Assembly: GCA_951406725.2 (NCBI GenBank)
Contig: OX597825.1
Coordinates: 51,336,001-51,400,000, forward strand
DNA: 64,000 bases
Reading direction: 5' to 3'
Source of the DNA: Octopus vulgaris
Lineage: Eukaryota
In this document: one piece after another, positions 36,815-51,369 of the stretch
Layout: every line of letters starts with the position of its first letter
Position numbering within the stretch: position 1 is the first letter of the stretch
Notes under the pieces: model-generated
The model's database searches: none
What the model saw: only the letters and a program-made list of their open reading frames with translations
Told to the model about the DNA's origin: nothing
Made by a program: the position numbers and the translations under genes

Positions 36815-37995
36815 ATTACATCCAACACCTCCACCATTCTCCGTCTAGCAAGTGCTTTGCGTCCACCGGGGAAATTTACCAATAGATGTCTGGGTCGCTG
36901 TGGAAATGAGAATGTGCCCTAATTTCGCCAACCTATTTGGTGGTCATATTGAGGCCTTAGTATTTTCCCAGTTTTCCGAACCGACACTAGAGCTATACGG
37001 CCGCTATATAGATGACTGTATAGGCGCTACCTCCCTCTTCCGCGAGCAACACTGTCATTTCATCCCTTTCCTCTCTAACTTTTACTCTTCTCACCAATTT
37101 ACCTCTACCATCTCTAACACCTCGATTCACTTCCTAGATATCTCTCTTACCATTGACCTCCACCTCTCACCAACTCCGCCTTCGTCACATCCCTCTCACA
37201 CCAAACGGGCCATCCCCTATTCCCAGTTCCTCCGCCTCCGACGCTTGTGCAGCCGGGACCAGGATTTCGAGACCCAGCCCCAATACCTTGCCCACCTTTT
37301 CATGCATCGAGGATGCTCTCAACCCTTGTCCAAACCGCCCTTGTCCGCGCTCGTCTAATCAATCGCACCACCTCTCCTTCCTCACACCAATCTCCTAACT
37401 TCACCCTTCCCCTCATTTTCCACCCCTCCACCCTACCCCTTCGTTGGAGGATCCTACAGGCTTTCCGTTGTCTCCAGCTAAACCCCACCACCCACACCAT
37501 TTTCCCTACCCACCCTTGTCCTCCTTTAACTGCGCCCGTAACTGACGCGATCTTCTGATCAGTAGCACCTTCTTTTCTTCCCCCCAGCCCCACCCGGATC
37601 ATTCTCTTGCTCTAGATCCCGCTTCCACACTTGCCCTTTTGTCAACAACACTTCCCGCACTGAATCCAACCAACACACTCTCCACATTAGAAACTCCTTC
37701 TCCTCACCTCTTCAAGCCTTATCTATTGCGTTAGACGTAATATCTGCAATAAACTCTACGTTGGTCAAACGGGCCGCCAGCTGGCCGACCGGTTCACTAA
37801 ACATCTACAAGATGAACATTCCCATCACTTGTCATTTCCGCTTGACCAAACAATCCACCTCTAATATCACAGTTTTTGGCCTCGCCCTGCACCATCGATC
37901 CACAAAAATCTCGACTCCGCCTGGAACAGCTTTACATTTTCAGTCTACAAACACAAACTCCTTCGGACTCAACACAACACCCTCCTCTTAACGAT
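36815..37995 (+). mobile_element. Penelope-like element relic (RT plus GIY-YIG endonuclease), 5'-truncated and frameshifted
   Basis: PNFANLF, YGRYIDDCIGA, FLDI, SHPSHTKRAIPYSQFLRLRRLCS, LPLIFHP, LIYCVR..CNKLYVGQTGRQLADRFTKHL. Confidence 0.92.
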
Positions 37996-38279
37996 TGTCT
38001 CGACGTCCTCCTTAAAAAAACAACTTGTTATTTTATTTTTTACCGTATTTTATTGTCTATTATACCTACTTATTTATTTACAGTGTTAACTTTTTCGATT
38101 TTTTATCGTTTTTTTCTGTCGAAGTAAAAAAAATTTTGAATTGTATCAATTGTTTTTATAATTGTATTAATTTCTATTTTATCCCTTTTTTATTCATTTT
38201 TTATTTTTACATCTAGTACCCTTTACCCCATTTTCCTCTCTTTTATCGATTATATTTTATATTTTATTACTGTATACAA

Positions 38280-39300
38280 GCACCCATACATAAACACACG
38301 TACATATATACACACACACTCACAAGTATACACACGAGCAATCACATGAGCGCACATATGCCTCCCACACATACAACACACATGCACACAACACACATAC
38401 ATGCACTCACACACACATACACATGCACACACACACATACGCGCAGACACACACGCTCGCACACAGCAACGTACATATACCTCCACACACACAACCCCAC
38501 GCATACACTCACATACACACGCGCTCCTACATACACACCACACATGCAAGCACGCGCGCACACATGAATGCACATATACCTCCCCCACACACACACACAA
38601 CACGCACACGCACACACACACGAACATATACACACACGCACAGGAATGTACACATAACCAACGCACACAAGCCACACATACATACACACGTCTACATACA
38701 CACACACACGCACATATACACGCACGCACGTGCACACAACTACACGCATATACACACATTCGCACACACACTTACGCTCGTATATGCACAAAAACGCACA
38801 TAATTCCAAACAGAACCCCACGTACACACACATATACACACGCACACACACACAAGCACACAGACATATACACACGCATATACATACACACACGCACACA
38901 CATATACATACGCACCACACACAACCCAACGTACACACGCACATACACACACACACTTGCGAATAGACATATACACATGCACACACATACACACATACGC
39001 ACATGAACGCACACGTACCTCCCACACACAACTCACACTCATACATACAAGCACACTTACATGGGCATGCACACACGCACATACACACACGCACATACAC
39101 GCACACAACTGCACGCACACATGTGCACACAGACAGGAACGCACATATAACTCCACACACACACACCCACGCACACACATATAGACACACACGCACATAC
39201 ACAAACATACACGCACATACACGCACACACTCACACATGCACACACACGCACACACTACACTCAAAACACACATACAACATATACATACACGCACACATA
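38280..39300. repeat. ~1-kb degenerate (CA)-rich simple-sequence tract
   Basis: Imperfect CA/CG/TA dinucleotide mosaic; source of the C/V- and H/T-rich ORFs. Confidence 0.95.
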
Positions 39301-41569
39301 CTTCAAACTGCCTGTCAAACACCTTTCTACTGACCATTTCTCTACGCACAAATGAAGAGACACTGCTGCCGAAATTCCTACAACATTAAGAAACACAAGC
39401 TTCACTCACACATATAAACACCCAACACCATAGAAACACTACACACAGAACACATACATACACATGCACACGTACATGCTCTTACACACACACACAGACT
39501 TGCGCGCACGCGCATACCGACACACATTCACGCATGCCTCCTTCTCTTACACTCTCCTGTCTTTCTTCATCCATTCCCTTCCGGTCATTTCAAAATGTAA
39601 CCGCATGTGAATCGTTGTCGATTTCTTTTTCCTTCGTCTTCATTTTCTATTGGAATTTCTTTTGTCTCCTGTTTCTCAAAAAGAGCTCTGCTCGAATCGT
39701 AAAACCACCTTGGGCGTCTGCTAATGCTTTACATCTACCACGTCCTGGCGTTTTTTTTTGCGCTTTCTCTTCGTATTTCGGGATTTACTTTCTCTCTCTC
39801 TCTCTCTCTCCATATATATATAAATGAAAAAATGCATTGTAAATATACAACAACAGATAAAAAACGTATACATATAAGACTCAGAGAGTCCCTAATTCTT
39901 CCTCAGTTATCAACCAGAATGGTAATAGGCAGTTTGGCATCTCTAGTGATAAGGCTGTGATGCTTCCCATCTTGGCGGTAAATTACATATTTTTCTACTT
40001 TCGTATGTCCACTGTATCGTTTCGTCTTGTTTGCTTGAGGCCCGATTCTCTTCATCTTTCACATGTATATTATATAGTAGTCATGGAAGAGTTGTTCGAA
40101 AAGAGGAAGGTGAGGATTTCCATGTAATGAAAGAATTAAATAAACTGCAGATTTAGAAATTAAAGATGATGAAGTTGAGGAAGTTCGAAGATATTTAGGG
40201 CGTAGAGTTATAATAGTGGGAGGAATTTGTAAGAAAATTGATATTCTGATTAACTCTATGTTCCTTTCCTGCCATTTTCTGTATATTTCCCCCATTATTG
40301 TACTTCCCCGTATCACAAAACTGACCTACCCCACCTGTCTTTTATTCCAACAAATCCTATAGTCCATTAATCCTTTCATTACCTACAATTCTTTATCTTT
40401 TCTTTAATATGCACCCTTCTGTTTCCGGGTCTTTAACGTAAAAAATCAGTTAAGTATTGGCTTCGATTTAATCGAACAAATCCCCATTTCAAATTTCTGG
40501 TCATGTTCCTATGTTAGAAAGTTATATATAATCCGCACGTGCATACGTACATGATGTAATTGCTTGAAAGTCGTAAACAAGCTTCCAAGAATCATATATC
40601 ATGGAATATATTTTATTCTCTATATCTAGTTGACAGGAAAAGAACACGAATATGATTAAATACCTTTTGAAGATCTCTTTGTTACAAAAGATGGGTTTTC
40701 AATTTTATTAACTAAATTTCAATTGCTAATTCCATAGTGAATGCTTGTGCGTGTGTGTTTAGGCCGATTAAAATCTAAACCCCATTTCAAGGAACGATAT
40801 AAAATTTGCTGGCGAATATATTTCTTCAGTAGTAGGATTTCTGTTTAAGTTTAATCATTTCTACTTTGAGAATGTTATCTGCACATGCGCTCTCGTAGCG
40901 TTTATACTCTTTCCGATGTGTAGGCACACGTACACACACGCGCGCATTCACACACACATACACACACATGCATTCACACACACACATGCATTCACACACA
41001 CATACACACACAAACACCCATACACACACTTACACACACGCAAACATACACACACATACACTCACGCACACGCACACACATACACACACGCACACACACA
41101 CGTATAATGTATAAATCTTTACTTTCGACTGTTACTATAATTCCCAATTCTTAGCGGTACAATAAACCATTAGAATGGCCTCCTACATAGTTTGAATCTA
41201 CCAAATTTCATTCAAAAGGTTCGGGTCAAGCAATGACCAGGTTATAAAATACATGTCCAATATACCAAACACTAGAACTGAACGTTGTACTAGAATTGAA
41301 CACATTGTGTTTGCCAAGAGACTTGACCCGCTCGATTATGACTTTGTCCATTTTCGATTATTTTCTCTCCATTGTCACACGTGCATATATGTTTACATAC
41401 GCAAAATCACACTTTGTTTCTGACATGTATGCATCTCTGGATATAGCAGCATGGACTGCATATGTGTGCATGCATAATACGTAGTAGGCAACAGCATTAG
41501 AAGTACGCCTACATTAATATTCGTCGTACTCGTAAATCGCTTTCCTAGAGAAATTCTTACTTTCATACA

Positions 41570-41770
41570 ACAGGGTGTCTTTAAGGAGCCACTTTCTTCA
41601 GAGAATATTTCATCAAAGAGCTACAAGATGGATAACTTTTAGAACACCTTTGGCACAGATCTAATGGTGGAATATCAAAGCTTCCAAAGATATGAGAGAA
41701 TGCTTCTCTCACGGAACAGAGATTATATCAAAAACATAATCCTTAAATGGCTCTCTTAAGAAAGGTTATA
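41570..41770. mobile_element. Possible Tc1-type MITE
   Basis: CAGGGTGTCTTTAAGGAGCCACTTT partly complementary to AAATGGCTCTCTTAAG. Confidence 0.35.
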
Positions 41771-41869
41771 CACATAGACAGCGAATGCGCAATGCACCTG
41801 CACACATACGTATATAAGTTACTTGCGTGTATACAACATAAGCAGTGTATATATGAATGTGTGTGAGTG

Positions 41870-41931
<62 letters not shown>

Positions 41932-43124
41932 GAATATATAGAATATTTATGTACTTATACATACCTATATACATATATATATCAGTCATTTCTTTAAGCA
42001 CGTTTTATGTACATTTTGCTCATATATTATTTTTACCTCCATATTTGCACACGCTCCATTATAGCTACTGGCTCACAATTTTTGTTTCTCCGTTTCTGTC
42101 TCTCGATTTTTCTGTCTGTCCCCCTCTCTCTCACTCTTCTTCACACACGCATGTATAATGATATAAGGAAGAAAAGTCGAAGAAGACAGAAGTGAGAGGG
42201 GGTGCGGCTAGTGAAACAAAACTACGTTCAGCATGTACGAATATATGCATATATAAATATTGACTTATCGACTGATATAGACATAGACGTTTATGTGCGT
42301 TTCTCCAAATGTGTACGCTCAAACACACAAAGGTAACTTTGTGTGCATGTTCGCTTGTGTATACTTGTATGAAGACACAGAACTAAACGTTTACAAATTT
42401 CCTTCGCGGCTATGAAATACCAGTTTCGAACCGACTGCGGTAACCCTTCAGTCAGGCCACGGAATACTACATGAGAGTAATTTTGAGAGCATTCAACGCA
42501 TTGGGATACTTACACGCCACTTCACTAATTGGAGGGTTCTAGTGAAGGATGTTATATTAGAAAGCGAATTTGAAATCATGCTGACAGCCATAAATGTATG
42601 TATGTATGTCAGTGTTTTTGTTGCTAAGAGACAAAGAAGCGATGATTTTTATACAAAAGCCGTAGGTCTATCGAGCTCCTGTGGGGAAAACAGGTCTTAC
42701 GGAAAATCTGGACGTCCATCTGAGGCAATTTCAATTCCTCCTTGCTAAACTGTGTAAGTTTGTTCTGCTTGAGGATTACTAATTTGGGTTATGTGAGTTG
42801 ATAAACGGTCTCTCTCTCTCTCTCTCTTTATCTTTCCCCGTCCCATGGATTTAACACCTGTGCTTAGGACTCCAGTAAGCTGGACGACTTGAGCAAAGAG
42901 AAAAAGCGCCAGATAAGACATTGCAAAGTTTCTTTTTCTAAACTTTGTCGAGTCCAGGAAAATGACCTTTCCAATATTTGAAATCATATCTCTCAGAGAG
43001 GAAACAAATTCTTCGATGTATTCTACTCCATGTCTTGTGGAATTTGCCAGTCCTTTGTCATGTATGTAATTAACCATGGTGCTATATATAACAACATAAT
43101 TAGTGTGTGTATGTATCAGGACTT

Positions 43125-43256
43125 AGTTTTCGTAAGCCTTGTACTTATTCTATAGGTATCTTTTGCCAAAACGCTAAGTTACGAGTACATGAATACACCA
43201 ACATTGGTTGTCAAGCAACGGTGGAGGGGCAAACACAAACACACACAGAAATACAT

Positions 43257-43291
<35 letters not shown>

Positions 43292-43455
43292 CGATGGGCT
43301 TCTTTCAGTTTCTGTCTACCAAATCCACTTACAAGGCTTTGGTTGGCCTGAGGTTATAGTAGAAGACGCTTGTCCAAGGTGCCACACAGTGGGACTGAAT
43401 CCGAAAGCCTGTGGCTGGGAAGCAAGCTTCTTACCACTCAGCCACGCCTGCGCCT
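43125..43455 (-). mobile_element. tRNA-derived SINE, family B (CORE-like), with internal (CA)/(TA) microsatellite
   Basis: Minus-strand head GGCGCAGGCGTGGCTGAGTGGTAAGAAGCTTGCTTCCC..TTCAGTCCCACTG, then GGCACCTTGGACAAG..CTTCTACTATA; matches the copy at 54975. Confidence 0.88.
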
Positions 43456-43498
43456 ATATATATATATGTGTGTGTGTGTGTAAAGAAAGAGTGTTGCG

Positions 43499-43538
<40 letters not shown>

Positions 43539-44184
43539 AAGTAAGAGTGATAGATAAATTGATAGTCATAAATCTTGATGCATACAATAACAAACACGTT
43601 ACTGTACTTTCTTTGTTTATCGGCATTATTCGAAGATTGTCTACATCAAGTGATTTCTTTTTAATTTTTGCTCAGTGCAGGTGATTCTTTAGAATATTTC
43701 GACTACAACCGTTATACGCTTTTAACTGTCTCACTCGATGTGACCGCTTTGTCTTTGAAGAATTGGGAACTGTTCAAAAATAGTCTGAAAATCTCTATCA
43801 TTTCACAATATAGAATAGATTTCTGACTGTAGCTAAGTAATATTTGGCAAATCTTGAAATGTTATTTAAACTTATCTAATGCTGTCTTTAATTACATTTT
43901 CCTTTTATTGCCGCAAACTGATTCTCCCTTCTAATCTATTTCACATGTATACATTCACCCTTAGGTGAATTCTTCCAGAATATCATCTTTACCTACATTT
44001 CCTACTTAACTCATTTCTTTGCAAATATATACATACATACATGCGCACATATATATAAGTACGTGCACACACACACATATTTATTGATAAAGGGATAAAT
44101 CTTACAAACAACTGAGAAAAGCGTTTGGAGATTGGGCTGATTAGCTTTTAATTAACACTTTGATGTTATGGGTTCAGTGATATA

Positions 44185-44330
44185 GTAGGAATTTTCAGTT
44201 TGGCTGAATTACAAGATTGCATTAAATTCTGTTCCTTAATTAAGGATGGTAGAGGCTTTTCGACTTGCTAAATTTCCAGATGCCTTAATCAAAGCCAGTG
44301 AAGATAAGTGCAGAAAGTTATTGCCCTCTC
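44185..44330 (-). pseudogene. Possible Penelope-like endonuclease C-terminal remnant
   Basis: Minus-strand pieces ILN/LIKEQNL..SCNSAKLKI resemble the PLE terminal LIKxxxPxLNxQxxSxxLKI motif. Confidence 0.35.
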
Positions 44331-47300
44331 TCTCCGAAACGCCCGGGTGTACATTCCAAATAGCTATTCTCCTGGTAATGCTGCTTTTCCTCGTATAAAA
44401 CCTATATTGCTGATGAAACTTGAAGAATACGCTATTTGATCACCAGAAGAGAAAAGCAAGACTTCATTGTTGGAGATCTAATGAATGTGCGTCCGAAAAT
44501 ATGAATGATATGAAAGAGAGCTTTCACCAAGTCACTATATATATTCAAAGCATATAAAAAGTAAGATTAATCAAGGTGAAAATTCGTGTCTCAGCGTAAA
44601 ACAAAAGCGTTCAAAGGACAGATTAACAACATGTCGATTTGCCTTACTTTTTCTCTTGTATGATAATATCAGATCCACTGAAACTCTATCCAAAAGACTT
44701 GAAGCAGTTCTTGTCAGTGGCAGTAATTCAGTGAAAATATCTGGAAGATTACCAAGAAGTAAGAATGAGTTTCATGTTTCGACAGCCGTCGAAATATGAT
44801 CGGTAACAGATCCGTGGAATTTTATGAGATACATGGAATTGAAGAAAAACGGTGGTGGGTGTACGTTGGTAATATATTGAAAATAAATAATAAGAGAGAG
44901 TTCTAGAATACTGTGTATGCGTAGGGCATTTTTATGTGATGATACCTACTTATGTTCGAGGTTCATTCTAGAAGATTTGAAACTTTCTCGAGAAAGGTAT
45001 TTATTAATTTCAAAGTACAAAATTCTAATAGCATTCAAAGAATGGTCTTCTGACATCAATGTATTTGCTGTAGTGCACCAGTCACCTCTTCAACGCCATA
45101 TGGAGGCCCTCTTAAGTCAAGATATGCAGAACCCTTGTCACAGTGATCGATCATTTGAAGTAATACATTCTAATTTCTGGCTGCAAATTTGGGCTGGTAT
45201 GACTGGAAGTTCATTAAATATTTTAACTTCCCCGCTACAATTTTATGCCTTTACGATATTCTGGAAAGAACTTATATGACTCGAACTGATGATAGCTTTT
45301 CTTTTGTAGTTGGTATGAATTTGGTTTACTCTTTTCGTCTATCGATTGTCTATGAGGTTATGTCTCTTCATTGAACATTTTCGCGGCTTCAGGTTTCCTT
45401 TCTTCAAGTTTGTTGACGAACTTGTTTATTTCGTGTTTTTATTAGATTGTTTCTTTACTTCATGTTCTCCTCAAATTTGGATTAAATGGTTTGTGTGTGT
45501 CATATGTAAATATTCCTCATTAGAATGGTATGATTTGGCAGATGAGAAGTGTAATTTGGTCAAAGTTAGAAGATATAAATACTGAATGTTCATATATTTG
45601 GATGCTGTCGGGAGGCGGGTATTTAGAGTACTTTATTTGTTTACGTGTTTTATTTATTCGTGCTATGAATACTTGTGAGTTAGCTTAACACATGTCCCGC
45701 CTCCTATCATCAGGGAACAACAAAAATTGATACGGCTAGGAAATCATTAAGCAAGTGCCTAATTATTTTAGCTGATCACTCTGAAATGTTAGCTTACATA
45801 TGTACATATTTAAGTATACATGTATCCAAATGTGTGTCTATGTGTGTGTATGTGTATATGTATGTGTATAATACAGACGTTCCAACACTGTGACCACTGC
45901 GTTTCCATAAACGTTGTACTCCCTTATGTTTATTACTGAATAAATTTTGCCTCCAAAAACGGTCGCACAATAAACGATTTGCTGATAAAGATTAGCCATA
46001 TTCTAGCAGTAGGTATAAATGTATTGCATTTTTTAACATTTTCTTTCTTTAGACTACTACTATCACTAAATCGGAAATCTCGTCTCTTTTCCTCACTTCG
46101 TAATTCATGTGTGTTTGCATGTTTGTGTATGTGCGTGTAGTATGTGTGTGTTTGTGTGTGTGTGTGTCTTTATGTGAGATAGAGACACACACCAATAGAG
46201 AGTGTGAAAGAGAGATATACATTTCGATATACTGGTGGAAAAATATGATATATAATTTATATTCTCTATCAATATATCAATGTATAGGTAGAGGCACCAG
46301 CATTCTCTTTATGAGTCCATTCCTTTCATGTATTTAGCGATGTTATTAACAAAAGTTTATGGCAGAGGTTTCAATAACGAGCGTCTTATCTCGATAAAAT
46401 GATAACCGATGATATATCTCAACATAATCTCTTAATCCGTTTACGCTTTCATAATATTTGGCACGACAATAGAAAGGATTAAGTCATTCAAACGATAGGT
46501 ACTGTCGTAAACAGATAATATCACCATAATACGGAAATATTTCGATTAACTTATTATTGTGCCCGCTCTATCCCACCCCAATAAGTATCATATATTATTG
46601 TACAGGTTTCTACACTTTATTTACATGCACGCACATACGCAGACATACGTATGTGTAATTCCTACGATACATATTTTCCAAATACATAAGAAATATATGG
46701 AGCACACATACATACATCTATACAAATACAACACACACGCACGCAAGTACGTGCACACACACACACACACATTAATACATATATACCATTATATAATTAT
46801 GTATGTATGTGATGGCTAATACTGATAAACTAAGACTTAGTTGTAAGTTTTGAAATTTCAATCAGATTGTTTCTATATATTTGAATGTGTGTTTGGCCCC
46901 TGTGTATGACGATATGCGTCTGTGTTAACATATCTCAGGTAAGAAATTCAGTGTAACCATCTATTTCAAGTCGTTTGAAAGTTGAATGCCATGTTTCTCA
47001 ATCCCACTATACTTAGTTCAAATTGTCTTTGTGGTTAGTAGAATCGATCCGTCGCTAGTTTTAACAGTACCACCTAACTCTTGTGAGCCTTTGCAAAACT
47101 TCCATCCCGGTTTCCAGTTTGAGGACTTTTCACTCTTATTCTCAATACTCTGACAGGACCCGTGGTGAGTGATCGACCATGTGTTACACCCTTGAATAAA
47201 ATAATGAATAATGGCGTTCCATTAAAATTCTGATTTTGAAATATATGTATCTTTCTACTAATCATATATATTATATATTCTGTATCGACAGAAATACAAG

Positions 47301-47990
47301 TGTGCACAAATGATCGCTTGATGAGATGCACAAACAGAGCACTTGACGAGATACGCCACTTAGACATCAAGAGCAAGGAGACACAAAGTCTCACTTCCAA
47401 CGACCCTATCAATCTTGACACTAACTGTTTTTATGTTAAATGGAATGGCGGAGGCAGAGATATAACCCTAACACTAATCCTAACCGTAAATTAAACAGCA
47501 TTTGAGAGCTGAATAGTACCAGGCAGACAACACTTACTAAACAATAGAGAAGGAAATAAGATTATCATATGTGCACACAGCAGGAAAAAATAACAGTTTG
47601 TGATTAGGCGAAGAATAACTGTATATAAACTGCATTGAAAAAGAGAATAACCTCTCTCGGACTAGTCTTAAATATATCACCTACTACCTAGGTGATATCT
47701 ATTAAATACTATATAAATTATTGTTGCATTTTGGTCCAATGCTATATAGTCACATATTTTTATATTTTTGACCAACCCCTCATGTATAAACACATAGAAA
47801 TGCTGAATATATCGGTGATATTTAGCCTACACGGTATGTATAAAGGATTTTAACACGTTTTATATATAAATGTTTATATATTTGTATAGGATCCTTTAGA
47901 TTTAACAAAATCTATGGATATATGTTGTGAGTGGGAACTGCAAAGATTTTCCTGGAATTAGTTGTGAGATATGAACCTAAATATCTAGAT

Positions 47991-48073
47991 CAGTGGTTTC
48001 CACCCTATATACAGTGGTTCCCAACCTTTTTATTTAAATAATATTTCTCAAGGACGCAGTTTAATATGCATAT

Positions 48074-48124
<51 letters not shown>

Positions 48125-48246
48125 GATGCATTAGAATACTGCTTAAGAATGGCCCAACTTCAAGAATAGCATATACTACATTGAACCAAATACAAATAGA
48201 CCAAGAAGACACAGACAGAGGAAAATCTTATGGTTCAAACCACCTT
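47991..48246. mobile_element. hAT (Charlie-like) MITE relic with a duplicated left TIR
   Basis: CAGTGGTTTCCACCCT followed by CAGTGGTTCCCAACCTTTTT; degenerate right end GGTTCAAACCACC. Confidence 0.5.
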
Positions 48247-50451
48247 AGTGTATGAATGTAGCTAGTAACATAGCCGGGAAATTCTTTAAATACGTCTTTC
48301 CTTGTCTTTAAAGTAATGACAGTATCACACTCAATAGCAACATTGAATGTTTTAACGAATTCTAAGCTATTTCGGATCGTTGATATAGAAAATTATTAGG
48401 CAATATTCCTTTGTGTTTAAATACTGACTCGCCAATATACTTTGTTTTCTATGCTACACAACCTCTGTTAATTGCAACCCTGATGCACTCTCGATGCAAT
48501 AATTTCGTGACGTTTCTCAACTGTGTGGTTAAGGGAGTCGATATTGATTGCTTGCTTCAAGTGGTTGTTTGTCTACACTACCTTGTTGATAGTTGTTTAG
48601 GCCTACTTGTCTGTATTTTAGAAGGAAGGAAAATATGTTATCCAAAGGTAATATATTGACTGAGTGTGGAAAATATCTAATTCGGTATTGATATGAATCT
48701 ACGGACGACTAGGTAACCACCAACGCCACCTTCGAAGATAACTGGTAATTGGCACTTTACAGAGTATCAGTCGTCCACAACTGAATTCCTGTCATCTCCA
48801 TGATATGAGAAAAAGAAACTTACTCTTTCTACAGGAACGCCAAAAGTTATCTGTGAACAATGAGTCTGCAGCATATTGCCATATGATTTAGCGACTGCCC
48901 TAGGCTCAACTAGAAAAACTAAATGATTGCACCAAATTCACATATTCTATTCCTCACTAGATCAATGTATATTGAGAGAATTGTGTGCAACGACGGATAA
49001 ACTTGTCTCTTTCATAATGATAAGCAGGAACTGATACATCCATTACGTACTTTCCTTCCCATTTGTAAACAAAAGAGAAACTAAGAGAAGGGAAATAAAT
49101 TGAGTAATGCTGTAGGAATGATATAGATTAAAATTAATTCTTTAAAAGTATTTCCTACATCTACTTATTCCCAAGAACAGTTCATTTTGGAATTAGGTAG
49201 TGTATTTCACGTCGTTATGTATTTGAATTAGGAGAAATGGTTTGTGGAGGTCGAGGCCTTACGTTTTTATAATGAACGTTTCATAATTAAATATAAGTTT
49301 CGGAATGAGAAATATAATACCAGTCGTCGTATACTTAGAGAAATATCGTTTTGCTATTTTAGCTCCGAGTTAAACACATGGGAATCACTTATCAAAAACC
49401 ATTGAGACCGCAGTTAACGAGCTAAATTCTGTGTTTTACTCTAATGATATTACATCACTGTATTGCAGATCAATGTAGAAATAATGCAACTTTGAAACCA
49501 GTGGAATATGTAAAAGGAGAAACTGGGGTTAAATTTCGGTCAACTTTCCTTCAGTAAATTGGTTCAAGCTGAAAATAGTTTTATACTTTGCTGAAATTGG
49601 ATAGTCTCTGACCACTTGACTACATGTTTTGCAAAAAGAAACCAACAGAAGTCGTGCAAGATATCATTAATAGTTTTTCTCATTATTTTCTCTAAAAACC
49701 CTAGTCTGAAGATCTGTAATAGAAAGCGTTATCGAATATCTTATAAACCGAAGCTTTAGGATTTTTTCTCTTGACCTCTGTCAGGGTGAGGAAAGATGGC
49801 TTACGCAGTAGAGAAGTAATTTGAAGGTGTGAAAATATATGGTTTCATTCTGCTATATTTAAAATTCAAATCCTTGTCACGTTTACACTAATTCGCAATT
49901 CAACATCTCAATAACCTAAAAAAATACCTGTAATACACTAATTTGTTACAATCGAATATATCAGCTTTAATAATCCATACAAAAATTTCCTCCTGAACAT
50001 GTCAATCGTCTACGTATCTGCATTTTACACACCTGATCTGTAGATGGAAACAAGGTCTTGACATATACGCTCCGTATGAATGCCGGCTCTATAAATTTAT
50101 ATCACTTACATATACAGGCAGATGCGTGACTGTGTGGTAAGATGTTTGCTTCCTTTTTATTAATATACAACGTGTACACCACTTCAAACACGCCACACAC
50201 ACGTATATGTGTGTAAGTGTGTGTGTGGATATATTCATGTGTATGCAGAAATGTTTTGTATATGCACATGTTTGTATGGCTATATTAATGGTACCTAAAT
50301 TGAGGGGTGGAAATAACGCATAGTGGAAATACCGTTAAACTAAATTTATATACAGGTGTATGAGCTAAATGTATATAGAGGTGTGAGTATCTGTCGGGAA
50401 CTATATATATATATATATAGTTTTTAATTTTATATTTGCATTTTATATATA

Positions 50452-50684
50452 CAGTAATCCCTCGCCGTATTGCGGTTCACCTATCGCGGTTCACATATCG
50501 CGGTTTATTATTTAAGCTTACGTCGATTCCTCCGTGGTGTCGTTTGCGTTTATGGTATAATAAATATATACAAATTATAAAAATAATAAAATAATATACA
50601 GTACAGCACTGTTTCTACTTCGCGGATTTTCACCTATCACGTGGTGTTTTGGAACGTAACACACCCGATAATCGGAGATTACTG
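50452..50684 (+). mobile_element. Tigger/pogo-type MITE
   Basis: TA-CAGTAATCCCTCG..CGGAGATTACTG-TA; same family as 57929-58149 in opposite orientation (strand label arbitrary). Confidence 0.88.
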
Positions 50685-50972
50685 TACACATACATACGTA
50701 TGTTTGTGTGTGTAATTGTCACTAAGTATCATTAGGGTGTTAGAACACCAACATTGCTAGATATAAGAGCTAAAAAGCAGTAATGCTGTAGTTTAAGCAC
50801 GTAATTTTTGACATGTGTACTGACAGAGACTGCAATCGCCTGAAACACACGGCTGTCTATATTAAGTTTTGGTATTCACCTTAGCCATTCACTAAATCAT
50901 CCATAGATTTTTTATGATGTATACATATGTACTGATAGAGAATTATGTCCGGAATCAAGCGAGTCGAGCAGT

Positions 50973-51022
50973 CCCTTCTGATGAGGCTACGGAATTAACC
51001 GAAACTGACCGATGAGTATAGG
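50973..51022 (+). ncRNA. Hammerhead-like motif with intact core boxes and decayed stems
   Basis: ccctt-CTGATGA-ggcta(cggaat)taacc-GAAAC-tgaccgatga-GTA-tagg. Stem III region is two changes from the palindrome ACTCATCGATGAGT. Confidence 0.5.
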
Positions 51023-51279
51023 AAAGTCTCGATCGGTGGTTTCGGGCGATTGAATATAATTATATGTTTCAACTACAACATTAAAGCTTTTCAGCTCTCA
51101 TTTCTAGCAATCTAGGTATTCTAAAACGCTAATGATATTTAGTGGCAATTATAGTTTTCCTTTTTGGCAAAGCATTGCACACGGCTGTACATATTTATTT
51201 TGTGTGTGTGTGTGTACATACGCATACACAGACATACATTCATATACATGTCCGCATACATGTGTTTATATATGTAGGT

Positions 51280-51282
51280 GTA

Positions 51283-51364
<82 letters not shown>
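51280..51364. repeat. (TA)n microsatellite
   Basis: Read directly from the sequence. Confidence 0.95.

Positions 51365-51369
<5 letters not shown>

Noticed and set aside
48622-48647. 26-nt AG..GTAATA exon-like segment
   Set aside because: Weak donor, frame-shifting length; such matches are common in AT-rich DNA.
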